DNA of 29,612 bases. Source: a bacterium. GTDB lineage: Bacteria > JBHIER01 > G020348925. The stretch is taken from positions 1 through 29,612 of the forward strand of contig JBHIER010000001.1 in the NCBI GenBank assembly GCA_046760705.1. Direction: 5' to 3'. The first letter of the stretch is position 1; every line of letters begins with the position of its first letter. The position numbers and the translations under genes are program-made. Positions 1 to 8,946 of this stretch are shown piece by piece. The notes below the pieces were generated by a model. It was not told the DNA's origin. It did not search any database and saw only the letters and a list, made by a program, of their open reading frames with translations.

Positions 1-7
1 GGGACCT

Positions 8-547
8 TTAGGACGGGCGTCTCCTCTGGGGCTTTGTCATATGCTTCTCCTTCTTCTCGACCAGGGGGACGTCCCCGCGGCTCGACTTGACCTGCACTCC
101 GTCGAGCAGGGTCTGGTACGATACGGTCGGCTTCAGGGCGTAATAGGCCTCCACAGACTCGAAACAGCCCTTGTACACGGTGAAGGACAACGATTCCCCC
201 GGAGACAGATTAAACACGCGCAAAACCCTTTTATTGGGAAGGTTTTCAAGAGCATAACGGATGTGATAGGGGGAGTAGTCCCGGACAGTCGTGGTGCAAG
301 GTGTGCCTCCGCCGGGGAAGATGAACCGGGGGAGTATGAACCGGACCTCCTTCTCCTCACCTCTCCCCCTGTTGGCTATCTTAAACCTGGTGGCGGTAAA
401 GTGGACGAAATCGATCTCGTTATACTCGGCCACAATCCTCGGCCTTCTCCTCCATTCGTGATAGAGGGGACTGAAGTAGGCGAAGACCCAACCCATGAGG
501 GCCAACACAATCGATATCAGGATAAGACTACGCTTCTCCGCGGCCAT
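8..547 (-). CDS. Hypothetical protein with N-terminal transmembrane anchor (179 aa)
   Basis: GAGGAG Shine-Dalgarno 5 nt before the ATG at 547 (MAAEKRSLILISIVLALMGWVFAYF, one hydrophobic helix); stop TAA at 8-10; the upstream 20 codons of the tracked ORF have no RBS. Confidence 0.6.
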   Translation of the reverse strand: MAAEKRSLILISIVLALMGWVFAYFSPLYHEWRRRPRIVAEYNEIDFVHFTATRFKIANRGRGEEKEVRFILPRFIFPGGGTPCTTTVRDYSPYHIRYALENLPNKRVLRVFNLSPGESLSFTVYKGCFESVEAYYALKPTVSYQTLLDGVQVKSSRGDVPLVEKKEKHMTKPQRRRPS

Positions 548-655
548 GGTTGCTCCTCTCTCTTTAAGCCATCCACTCCAGGAGCCCGTAGAGGAACTCC
601 CGGACAACCTTCAACGAACACCGTCACCGTCTAGACCTTCAGTTTGAGAGAAGAT

Positions 656-684
656 ATTATACATCCAAACTGGGGTCAAGTCAA
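656..684 (-). promoter_or_regulatory. sigma70-type promoter for the 8..547 gene
   Basis: Minus strand TTGACT-N17-TATAAT. Confidence 0.7.
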
Positions 685-829
685 CCCCTTTTTCTGCAGA
701 ATGGCCATTTGGCGAATGGGAAAGGACAGGCTGTGGGGGCCGTTCTGGGTGGCGCCTTCTCCATCTTCTCAGTGGTTCTGTGCCTGCCTGTGCCCAAGGC
801 AGACAGGTCTCTGTGGCTACAGTTTTTCC

Positions 830-858
830 TTGACAGATGCGATATATTCTGGTATAAT
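830..858 (+). promoter_or_regulatory. Consensus sigma70 promoter with extended -10, driving the glycoside hydrolase
   Basis: TTGACA(830-835)-N17-TATAAT(853-858), with a TGn motif before the -10; AGGAGGT SD downstream. Confidence 0.85.
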
Positions 859-932
859 GGGGATGGTTCCGGCACCCGGAAGGTGTTGTCACATCTATTT
901 TTGATCTCTCTTTCTCCAGGAGGTGAAGGCTT

Positions 933-3566
933 ATGAACCGATGGATATTCGCCCTCCCGTTGGCTGTGTGCATCATCCTTGGGACGACAGCAGACCCGTT
1001 GGCCCCCGAACAGAAGGCCAGTGGTTGGCTCCCCAAATTCTCAATAGCGACGAGCCCTATTGAACTTACGAGACCCGTTCGGTCTGGGAAATATTTTGAA
1101 GCGATCGGAAGACATTCTGCCGTAATCGGAGAGGAGCAGGGGATCTTCGAGGTGTGGGTCTATCCTTTCAAAATTCTTCATTCTTTCAAGCTATCGATTG
1201 TGCTTGAGGGTGAGAGTCGCATTTACGATGCAAGAGATTTGGCCGAGCGAATTACGGTTCGTCCTGAGGCTGTGACCATCACCTATGTCGCTGATGAATT
1301 CACGCTTAGTCAGCATTTAGTTGCGCCCATCGATGAGAGGGGTGCAATTATGCTGCTCGATGTGGACGCTGATCGGCTGTTGTCCATCGTCTGCAGTCTC
1401 TCCCCTGCCTTGGAGCCGATGTGGCCCGGAGGTCTGGGGGGACAGTACAGTTATTGGGACGACGAAGAGGGAGCGTTCGTTATTACGGAGAGCCGAAAAG
1501 AATACAGCGGGGCAGTTGGCTGTCCCCTGGGTGAAAAGGGCTCCTCGACCCCGGCTCATGAGCTTCCTGAAGGCGAAGTTCAGTTTGAGGTGGCCGTCCA
1601 TCCGGATTCGGCCCACGGATTTTACATTCCCATCGTCATAGCTGGGGGTGTGTTGGGGGTTGAAGAGGTGAAAAAGACTTATAGAAGGATGCTGGGGTCT
1701 ATTGGCGATCTGTATGGCGCTACCCGGTCCCATTATGACACATTGAGGCGTCAATTCTTGAGCCTTCAGACGGACAACAAAGATATAGACCTCGCCTTTG
1801 AGTGGGCCAAGGTGGCCATTGATAAAGGCTTCGCCTGCAATCCTCATTTGGGATGCGGCTTGGTGGCCGGATTCGGTCATTCCGGAGCCAGCGAGCGCCC
1901 TGGTTTTGCCTGGTATTTCGGTGGTGATGCTTTCATGAACAGCTTTGCCATCAATAGCTACGGCGACTTCGCCACCACCCGTCAGGCCCTCACTTTTCTG
2001 AGGCAGTACCAGCGGGACGACGGCAAGATGATGCACGAACTCTCCCAGAGCGGCGGCATGATCCCCTGGTTTGAGGAGTATCCGTACTGCTACTACCATG
2101 CCGACACGACCCCCTATTACATCGTTGCCGCTCGAGACTACATACGGGCCACCAATGACACCGCTTTCCTCAGGGAGACGTGGGATTCGGTTAAGAAGGC
2201 GTATGGTTACTGCCTCGATTGCGACACGGACGGTGACGGACTCATGGAAAATTCGAAGGCGGGTTTGGGTGCTGTGGAGCTGGGTTCGCTGCTGAAGAGA
2301 AGTCACACCGATATTTATCTGGCCGGGATCTGGGTTGAGGCGATTCGATCCCTCTCTGAAATGGCCAGAATTATGGATGAGATCCAATTGGCGGAAGAGA
2401 GCTCCCGTCTTTTTGAGAAGGCTCGCCACTCTTTGAACGAAAAATTCTGGAACGAGGAGAAGGGAACATACAATTTTGCTCTGACCACCGACGATGGAGT
2501 CAATGATGAGGTTACGGCCTGGCCGGCAGTGCCCCTTCTTTTCGGTCTCCTCGATGAGCAGCGGGCAGCCTCGATGTTGGATGTGCTGGCTTCGTCTGAA
2601 TTGAGCACCGACTGGGGGGTGAGAATGCTGTCAAACCGAAGTGAAGCCTACCAGCCGCTCAGCTATAACAACGGAGCCGTCTGGCCTTTTCTCACCGGTT
2701 ATGCCGCCTGGGCCGAGTACCTGGGCCATCGTCCATTTTCTGGATTCATGCACCTGATGAACATGGTCAGATTGACCTTCATCGATGCGTTGGGGTACAA
2801 CCCTGAGCTTCTCTCTGGTGACCGGTACAAGCCCCTTCGGACCGGTGTGCCTCATCAGATCTTCTCCTCCTCTTTCGTGGTCACATCAACTGTGAGAGGA
2901 CTTCTTGGATTGGAAGGGGATGGGGAACAGGGGGTGATTACATTCTCCCCCCACTTGCCACCCGATTGGAATCACCTCTCTGTTCGATCTTTTCGCGCTG
3001 GAGAGGCCACGTTTTTCTTCAGGATTAGTGTTAAAAGGGAAGAGGGGCAGCTTGTTTTATCTATGAGACAAAGCAACGGAGAGGGCTACCGTATCATATT
3101 CTCGCCTGCCTTTGGTCCGGCTACGGAAATCCGTGAAGTGACCCTTGACGGTCAGAAAGTCGATTATCGTCTGTTTCCTACGAGAGGAGATATCCACTGC
3201 CAGGTTGAGTTTCAACCAGATGGACAGAATGAGCTTCTCATCTCCTTTGCCCCGGGCATAGAGTTGAACATTCCAGAACACGCTCCCCAGATTGGAGCTC
3301 GGTCATCGGGGCTCAGGATAGTAGATTCATGTCTTGAGGATGACGAATATATTATAACGACTGAGGGTCACATTGAAAAGGTATACGAGGTGAGGGCACT
3401 GATTCCCTTTTCCATTGTATCCTTTGAGGGTTGTGGCTTGCCAGGAAGGCAGGATATAGGGGAGGGCAGGGATAAGATAAGGCGTCTCATTTTTGGCTTC
3501 CAGGAGGGGGAAGAGATTAAGGATGGATATATGAAAAGACAGATTCGGATTAAAATTGAACTATAA
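933..3566 (+). CDS. Secreted amylo-alpha-1,6-glucosidase / GDE_C-like (alpha/alpha)6-barrel glycoside hydrolase (877 aa)
   Basis: Signal-peptide-like N terminus; motifs GFAWYFGGD, YYHADTTPYY, DTDGDGLME, YNNGAVWPF, PELL and HQIFSS resemble GDE_C/GH63-like six-hairpin glycosidases; beta-rich C-terminal domains. Confidence 0.75.
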   Translation: MNRWIFALPLAVCIILGTTADPLAPEQKASGWLPKFSIATSPIELTRPVRSGKYFEAIGRHSAVIGEEQGIFEVWVYPFKILHSFKLSIVLEGESRIYDARDLAERITVRPEAVTITYVADEFTLSQHLVAPIDERGAIMLLDVDADRLLSIVCSLSPALEPMWPGGLGGQYSYWDDEEGAFVITESRKEYSGAVGCPLGEKGSSTPAHELPEGEVQFEVAVHPDSAHGFYIPIVIAGGVLGVEEVKKTYRRMLGSIGDLYGATRSHYDTLRRQFLSLQTDNKDIDLAFEWAKVAIDKGFACNPHLGCGLVAGFGHSGASERPGFAWYFGGDAFMNSFAINSYGDFATTRQALTFLRQYQRDDGKMMHELSQSGGMIPWFEEYPYCYYHADTTPYYIVAARDYIRATNDTAFLRETWDSVKKAYGYCLDCDTDGDGLMENSKAGLGAVELGSLLKRSHTDIYLAGIWVEAIRSLSEMARIMDEIQLAEESSRLFEKARHSLNEKFWNEEKGTYNFALTTDDGVNDEVTAWPAVPLLFGLLDEQRAASMLDVLASSELSTDWGVRMLSNRSEAYQPLSYNNGAVWPFLTGYAAWAEYLGHRPFSGFMHLMNMVRLTFIDALGYNPELLSGDRYKPLRTGVPHQIFSSSFVVTSTVRGLLGLEGDGEQGVITFSPHLPPDWNHLSVRSFRAGEATFFFRISVKREEGQLVLSMRQSNGEGYRIIFSPAFGPATEIREVTLDGQKVDYRLFPTRGDIHCQVEFQPDGQNELLISFAPGIELNIPEHAPQIGARSSGLRIVDSCLEDDEYIITTEGHIEKVYEVRALIPFSIVSFEGCGLPGRQDIGEGRDKIRRLIFGFQEGEEIKDGYMKRQIRIKIEL

Positions 3567-3570
3567 GTGG

Positions 3571-3765
3571 CTACTCGACCTCGATGAATCTTGACACTTC
3601 CCCGCCGCACAGGCCGCACTTTCCCTTCAGAACTACTCCCCCTTGGTCGATCCAGGCATCGTAGTCGACCAGGGGCACGGTCTTCTTGCAGTGTAGGCAG
3701 TAGATGCGTTTGAGCACCTCCTGGAAGCGCCTCTTCATGTCCGCATCGGACACTTTTTTCTTCAT
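3571..3765 (-). CDS. Small zinc-ribbon protein (DUF5679-like, 64 aa)
   Basis: YCLHC...KGKCGLCG..SRF pattern; GGAGGGAGGT SD before the ATG at 3765; an alternative GTG start at 3798 overlaps the NYN stop (GTGA). Confidence 0.65.
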   Translation of the reverse strand: MKKKVSDADMKRRFQEVLKRIYCLHCKKTVPLVDYDAWIDQGGVVLKGKCGLCGGEVSRFIEVE

Positions 3766-3794
3766 ACCTCCCTCCGACGGCCCATATCGCCGGC

Positions 3795-4688
3795 TCACAA
3801 GGCCACGCTCTCCCCTCTGAGCACCCTCTTATTCTGCCCCAGCTCCCGTTCAACCTCCTTGACGAGGTCGTTCTGGTGGTCCAGAAACAGCACCGAGTAG
3901 TGCTTGCCCATGTACTCCTCTTTGACCTTCACCTCTAAGACACCCCGGTGACCCAGCTCATAGATGATGTCCTTTCTCTGGTCATCAGTTAAGGTTTTGA
4001 ACTCCTCATTCATGAAGTTCTTGTAAAAGGGGTTGAGCCATATTTCGGGGCCGAACTGTTTCTCAGCCTGCAAAATGAGGCGCACACACCGTCGCAGATT
4101 CTCCTCGCACAGGTGAGTCGGCTCCAGTCCACTCTCTTTCTCGACCTTCGGCTCCCGGAGGCGAGTGTCGGGTCTTGGCACCCTGGGCCGGCGATAGCCT
4201 CTGGTCAGAAGGATGTTGCCGTCGATGAAATTCTCCCGGCCGACAATGGTTATCAGATCGCCCGAGGTGGCATCCGGGAACCCGACAATGCGGATCCGCT
4301 TGCCCTTCTCGCGGATGCGGGAGACGACGGGAATATAGTCCCTGTCGCCAGCGACGATGAGGAACCCCTGGATGTCACTCCTGGTCAAGAGCACCTCCAG
4401 AGCATCCAGGGAGAGGGCCAGATCGGCCGAGTTCTTCCCCGGTTTCCCCAGCACATACTCAGGTTTGACGCTCAACAGGGCCAAGGATGATTGAGGGTCG
4501 GGATCACTGCCCACACCCTCCCAGTCGGCGAAGGCCCTTCTGATGATGATCCGGTCATCGTCCCTTTCCACGTAGTTGATGAGGTTGCGGATCAGTCGGA
4601 GTGCCTCCTCTTTGCCGTCCGGAGCACCGTGCAGCGTTTCGATCACCCGCTGCATGTTTTCAAAATCGATGAATAGAGCGTAATGCAT
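3795..4688 (-). CDS. NYN-domain (LabA/DUF88, PIN-like) protein with C-terminal winged-helix-like domain (297 aa)
   Basis: FIDFEN, AFADW, GKNSADLAL and AGDRDYIPVV motifs; AGGAGGT SD before the ATG at 4688. Confidence 0.85.
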   Translation of the reverse strand: MHYALFIDFENMQRVIETLHGAPDGKEEALRLIRNLINYVERDDDRIIIRRAFADWEGVGSDPDPQSSLALLSVKPEYVLGKPGKNSADLALSLDALEVLLTRSDIQGFLIVAGDRDYIPVVSRIREKGKRIRIVGFPDATSGDLITIVGRENFIDGNILLTRGYRRPRVPRPDTRLREPKVEKESGLEPTHLCEENLRRCVRLILQAEKQFGPEIWLNPFYKNFMNEEFKTLTDDQRKDIIYELGHRGVLEVKVKEEYMGKHYSVLFLDHQNDLVKEVERELGQNKRVLRGESVAL

Positions 4689-4941
4689 AGATGATACCTC
4701 CTGTGAATAAATTTGTACCAACACCATAAAGATAGCGAAAGAAAGGGCCAAGATCAACCAAAAATTCATGGGGTGGCCATATCCGATCCTACGGAATAGG
4801 CGGGCAAGTCCGAAAGGACTCCGGGTCTCGTAAACCGTACATTCTGCCCGGCAGATCTCGGGCGATCGAGACGCCTGCCCCAAATATTTAAAGTCTCAAT
4901 AGGGGAGGAGGCCTGGATCGGATTTTATCAAAAATTCTTCA

Positions 4942-4970
4942 TTGCTTAAAAGGGGAAAAGATATTATATT
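4942..4970 (+). promoter_or_regulatory. Possible sigma70 promoter for the DIP1984-like gene
   Basis: TTGCTT-N17-TATATT in an AT-rich intergenic tract. Confidence 0.4.
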
Positions 4971-5089
4971 TATGAGCAAGGACTCGATATCAGGAGATTT
5001 GAGCATTAGAGCTGGCTGGAGGAAAGCGACCTATGCCCCAGAGAGTGAGATTCCAAAAACTGGACACACCTTAAGGAGGTAGAGGACAT

Positions 5090-5542
5090 ATGCCAGATGC
5101 AAAGAACAAACTCTTTTTGTACGAAGCATTGGAGTTGAGAGCGGAATTCGAGGCCAGAATTAAGACGCTGAAAGATTGCTTGCCAGAGGCAAAACAGAAC
5201 CGGGGTCGATTTTCCTTTCGCCGAGACGAAGAAGGAATGTTCCGCCCCAGCCCTGATTTCAGCATTGCTGAAGCTCGTGATCAACTCAAGAAGTTAGAAA
5301 TGAAACACCGTAAGCTCAATAGTGCCATACAACAGGCCAATTTTCAGCACCAAATCCATTTTCGCAAAGACAGAGTCAATCTCAATGAGGCCCTGGAAAT
5401 TCGCAAAGGTTTGAATGAGCAGATTGGAGAATTCCATACGCAGGTTGTTAATTCAGCATACCAGCGGGTTATCTACAAAGAAGATCGGGATATTGTGGAG
5501 CCAAACGAATTATCGTATACTGCACTAAACACTTCAACATAA
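5090..5542 (+). CDS. DIP1984/DUF6847-like coiled-coil protein, possibly C-terminally truncated (150 aa)
   Basis: LYEALELRAEFEARI, RKLNSAIQQANF and LNEALEIRK fit the family's repeated EAL..R helices; AAGGAGGT SD. Confidence 0.6.
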   Translation: MPDAKNKLFLYEALELRAEFEARIKTLKDCLPEAKQNRGRFSFRRDEEGMFRPSPDFSIAEARDQLKKLEMKHRKLNSAIQQANFQHQIHFRKDRVNLNEALEIRKGLNEQIGEFHTQVVNSAYQRVIYKEDRDIVEPNELSYTALNTST

Positions 5543-5685
5543 AACACCAAAGCAAATTGAGCTTCATAGCCACAAAGCTGTATGGCTCCGCGTCTCCTAG
5601 CTCCCTCCGTAATAAGCACAGCCTCTCTGAGATAGTCTCGCCCCGCTGAAGCGAAACCTCACCGATCAAATTCCTCCCCACCTCG

Positions 5686-5712
5686 GTAAACCAATTCCCG
5701 TCTAAAGGCGTC
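5686..5712 (+). promoter_or_regulatory. Candidate ECF-sigma autoregulatory promoter
   Basis: GTAAAC-N17-CGTC, the typical ECF AAC/CGT geometry, just upstream of the AAGGAGGT SD of the ECF gene. Confidence 0.5.
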
Positions 5713-5735
5713 TTGCAATCAGAGAAGGAGGTCAC

Positions 5736-6317
5736 ATGAGGGATGATGACTGGGAGTTCGTTGAGCGACTCAAAGCCGGTGAAGCTGCCGCCTTCAGGGA
5801 GTTGGTGGAACGATACAAGAAGAGAGCATACTATATCGCTCTCGATCTCATGGGCAACCATGAAGATGCCGAGGACATCTCCCAGGAGGCTTTCATAAAG
5901 GTGTATCAATCGATCGGGAGCTTTCGGGGCGATGCCCAGTTCAGCTCCTGGTTGTACCGAATTTTAGTGAACTTATGTATGAGCGAGAAAAGAAAGAAAA
6001 CCTCGAAGAACATCGAATACTATGGAGATTCTATTCCTGAGGAGATCCATCATGTTGACGACAGCGATTCTCAGGATCATCCGGAAGCGGTGGTTCGGTC
6101 CCGACGGATTCAGGAGCACATTCGTGAGGCTCTGGAGAAGCTTCCCCCAAAACAGAAGGCCGTTTTCGTTCTGCGCCATTATCAACAGTTGCCCATCAAA
6201 GAGATCGCCCGGGTGATGAAACTATCCGAGGGAACGGTGAAAAGTCATCTCTTTCGGACTGTGAGGAAGTTGAGAGAATTTTTGGAATTTTATAAGGCCG
6301 ATTTTGGGATCGAATAA
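5736..6317 (+). CDS. ECF RNA polymerase sigma factor (193 aa)
   Basis: Region 2 DAEDISQEAFIKVY...FSSWLYRILVNLC; region 4 IKEIARVMKLSEGTVKSHLFR. Confidence 0.95.
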   Translation: MRDDDWEFVERLKAGEAAAFRELVERYKKRAYYIALDLMGNHEDAEDISQEAFIKVYQSIGSFRGDAQFSSWLYRILVNLCMSEKRKKTSKNIEYYGDSIPEEIHHVDDSDSQDHPEAVVRSRRIQEHIREALEKLPPKQKAVFVLRHYQQLPIKEIARVMKLSEGTVKSHLFRTVRKLREFLEFYKADFGIE

Positions 6318-6330
6318 GAGGCAGGTCAGA

Positions 6331-7131
6331 ATGAAAGGATGCAAAAGTTTCAGACATATCTTCGCCGAATACCTGTTCGATGAGATCGACGGGGAGAGCA
6401 ACCGAAAATTTGAGAGCCATCTGGCCCGGTGTCCGAATTGTTCCTCCCAATTGACTAAGATGAAGCAGACTCTGGAGATGATGGGCCAAAAGAGGCGAGT
6501 GGAACCTCCGGAGGAGTTCTGGGCCAGCTATTGGGCCAGGTTAAGGGCTCGAATGGAGCAAGAAGCCGCCCCAAAAGCCCGGGCAAAAATTGGGCTGTGG
6601 GAAAAAATCCAGGATTTTTTTCCGTCTATCCCCGGCTCCGCCTACAGATGGGCGGCCGTAGTCGGAGCCCTGGTTATGGGAATACTCATCGGCAGATTCT
6701 TCTTCAGCTCGTTCGGTGTAAAGGAGCCGACCGTGGCAGAAAGAGCCCATCTTCCTGAAGAAGCGCCCTTGGCTCAAACGGTGGACGAGCGGGCGGAAAG
6801 GTATCTGGAAAAATCTAAGATCTTCCTCATCGGCTTCGTGAACACCGATCCAGAGGCCGAAGGCGGCGAGATTCTCGTCCCCAGGCAGCGGGAGATTTCA
6901 GAGGAACTCATCCAGGAGGCCTCTTTCTTGAAAGAGAATCTGAAAGGCCATCCCCGGCAAGGAATCAGAGCGCTCATTGAGGATCTTGAAGCCGTCCTCA
7001 TCGAAATTGCCAATTTAGAGGAACAGGAGGACCTTCCCCACATCGAGCTCATTCGCAGTGGCATCGACCGCAAGGGGATTCTGTTGAAGATCAATATTCA
7101 CCAGATGAGAGGCGGACATCTAAGGATTTGA
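6331..7131 (+). CDS. Zinc-finger (zf-HC2/ZAS) transmembrane anti-sigma factor (266 aa)
   Basis: N-terminal Cys plus HLARCPNC (HxxxCxxC); TM helix WAAVVGALVMGILIGRFFF; helical extracytoplasmic C terminus; directly follows the ECF gene. Confidence 0.9.
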   Translation: MKGCKSFRHIFAEYLFDEIDGESNRKFESHLARCPNCSSQLTKMKQTLEMMGQKRRVEPPEEFWASYWARLRARMEQEAAPKARAKIGLWEKIQDFFPSIPGSAYRWAAVVGALVMGILIGRFFFSSFGVKEPTVAERAHLPEEAPLAQTVDERAERYLEKSKIFLIGFVNTDPEAEGGEILVPRQREISEELIQEASFLKENLKGHPRQGIRALIEDLEAVLIEIANLEEQEDLPHIELIRSGIDRKGILLKINIHQMRGGHLRI

Positions 7132-7152
7132 AATTAGGGAGGAGCGATTAGG

Positions 7153-8646
7153 ATGAAAAAAGGGAAGTATTTGATCTGTGCAATTGCCATATTTCTCATG
7201 ACCAATTTAGCCTTTGGTGGAAGTCGGCCTGTCCCGTCTCTCGATGGAAATGGCTCCCAAGAGGATTCAGGCTATGCCTCGTATCGAGACGCATACGATT
7301 TGATCCTCGATGAGAAATGGACTGAGGCGCAAAAGAGTTTGGCAGCATATCTCAAGAAATACGCCCAGAGCACTTACGCCGACGACGCCAGCTTCTGGCT
7401 CGGTTACGCTATCGAAAAACAGGGAAAATATGGGGAGGCTTTCAAGGTTTACCAAAATCTTATTGAAGCCTATGCCCAGAGCAAGTACGTGGACGACGCC
7501 GAGTCAAATATGGTGGTATTGGCCAAGAAGCTCTATCAGTTGGGCAAGGCCGAGTACAAGGTTTTCCTCAAAGAGGCCGGGGAGGACCCGGACGAGGACA
7601 TCAAACTCCAAGCGCTGGCGGCCATCGGTCAAATGGATAGCGAGCAGGCTCTACCTATCCTCAAGAATGTCCTGAAAACCAATAAGAGCCGCAAGCTGAG
7701 GGAGAAGGCGGTCTTTGTAGTGAGCCAAATCGGCGGCAGCGAAGCGATCTCCATCCTCCTGGAAGTGGCCAAAACTGACCCCGATCCTGAAATTCGGGCA
7801 GAAGCAGTCTTCTGGATTGGCCAGGAAGGGGGGCGCGAGTCCCTTGATGCTTTAATGGACATTTTCGACACGGCTCAGAGCAAGAAGGTGCGGGACAAGG
7901 TCGTCTTCTCCGTCTCACAGATAGGCGGGCCGAAGGCGATTGATCTATTGACCAAAATCGCCAAGACCGACGATGACACCAACATCAAAGAGAACGCCGT
8001 TTTCTGGATCGGACAGGAAGGTGGACGTGAATCGTTGCCTGCTCTAATGGACGTTTTCAACGCGGCTACGAGCCATACGGTCCGGGAAAAGGTTGTGTTT
8101 TCCGTATCCCAAATAGGCGGCCAGGAAGCGATTGACATATTGGCCAGGATCGCTAAGTCCGACGATGACACTGCTATAAGGGAGAAGGCCATCTTCTGGA
8201 TCGGTCAGGAAGGGGGGACAAGCAGCCTCAAAGTTCTGACCGAGCTTTTCGATCAGATTGATGAGTCTGATATGCGGGAGAAGGTGGTTTTCTCCATCTC
8301 CCAGATCGGTGGGCCAAGGGCCATTGAGACATTAACCCACATTGCCAAAACCGACTCCGATCCAGACGTCCGAGAGAATGCGGTCTTTTGGATCGGCCAG
8401 GAGGGGGGAGACGAGGCACTGGATGCCCTGTGGGACATCTATCAGTCAGCCGCGGACAAAGAGGTGAAGGAGAAGATCGTGTTTTCCATCAGCCAGGTGG
8501 GCGGGGAGCGAGCTGTGACAAAATTGATCGATATTGCCAGGAACGATAAGGATATCGACATCCGCAAGAAGGCCATCTTTTGGCTGGGTGAGTCCGGTGA
8601 CCCGCGTGCTCGAAAGGCGTTACTGGAGATCATCGAAGGGAAATGA
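7153..8646 (+). CDS. Secreted TPR (BamD/YfiO-like) plus HEAT-repeat protein (497 aa)
   Basis: Signal peptide; YPxSxY.DDA-like TPR motifs (STYADDASFW, SKYVDDAES); five 64-aa bi-HEAT units. Confidence 0.85.
   Translation: MKKGKYLICAIAIFLMTNLAFGGSRPVPSLDGNGSQEDSGYASYRDAYDLILDEKWTEAQKSLAAYLKKYAQSTYADDASFWLGYAIEKQGKYGEAFKVYQNLIEAYAQSKYVDDAESNMVVLAKKLYQLGKAEYKVFLKEAGEDPDEDIKLQALAAIGQMDSEQALPILKNVLKTNKSRKLREKAVFVVSQIGGSEAISILLEVAKTDPDPEIRAEAVFWIGQEGGRESLDALMDIFDTAQSKKVRDKVVFSVSQIGGPKAIDLLTKIAKTDDDTNIKENAVFWIGQEGGRESLPALMDVFNAATSHTVREKVVFSVSQIGGQEAIDILARIAKSDDDTAIREKAIFWIGQEGGTSSLKVLTELFDQIDESDMREKVVFSISQIGGPRAIETLTHIAKTDSDPDVRENAVFWIGQEGGDEALDALWDIYQSAADKEVKEKIVFSISQVGGERAVTKLIDIARNDKDIDIRKKAIFWLGESGDPRARKALLEIIEGK
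7699..8643 (+). repeat. Five tandem 192-nt coding repeats (bi-HEAT units)
   Basis: The E/D codon of R[ED]K.VF recurs at 7702, 7894, 8086, 8278 and 8470, exactly 192 nt apart; each unit is REK.VF..SQIGG...RE.A.FWIGQEGG. Confidence 0.9.
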
Positions 8647-8667
8647 ACTTGTAAGGAGAGAGTGGAA

Positions 8668-8946
8668 ATGAAAAGACCTACTTTCATTCGACACGTCAGC
8701 TTTGGGGTTTTGTTCGCAACAACTTCTTTTGCGTCATGTGCATGGTCGCAAGTAGAATGGCGCTATAAGTGCTGGGGCAGGAGTTGTACTCCTGCCTCTA
8801 AACCGAGATGGTTAAATCAACGCGGGGGAGTGCAACTCCCACCCGAGCGGGAGGGAAGTAAAAGGTTTGGAGTTCAAAAAGGAGGGATGAAAAATGAAAC
8901 GCATTCTTTTTGGGATCATGATTGTGAGCCTCGCTGCTCTTCTTAG
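8668..8946 (+). other. Possible gene remnant: signal-peptide-like ORF start with no recognisable domain
   Basis: GGAG SD then MKRPTFIRHVSFGVLFATTSFASCAWSQ; the ORF overlaps the next gene by 53 nt. Confidence 0.25.

Noticed and set aside
2218-2250. DCDTDGDGLME in the hydrolase as a dockerin motif linking it to the scaffoldin
   Set aside because: A single internal DxDGDG loop typical of six-hairpin glycosidases; dockerins need a duplicated Ca-binding repeat, usually terminal
1317-2429. 370-aa minus-strand ORF
   Set aside because: Antisense shadow of the glycoside hydrolase; no recognisable motifs or RBS
4689-4883. N-terminal extension of the NYN ORF including a hydrophobic stretch (MNFWLILALSF...)
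   Set aside because: A strong AGGAGGT SD precedes MHYALFIDFEN, and NYN domains normally start at this strand; the extension cannot be fully excluded
7699-8643. Regular repeats as a CRISPR array
   Set aside because: 192-nt in-frame coding repeats with synonymous divergence; no short repeat-spacer pattern or cas genes
8826-8841. GGGAGT-GCA-ACTCCC hairpin as a tRNA or riboswitch fragment
   Set aside because: Isolated 6-bp stem; no cloverleaf or other riboswitch elements around it
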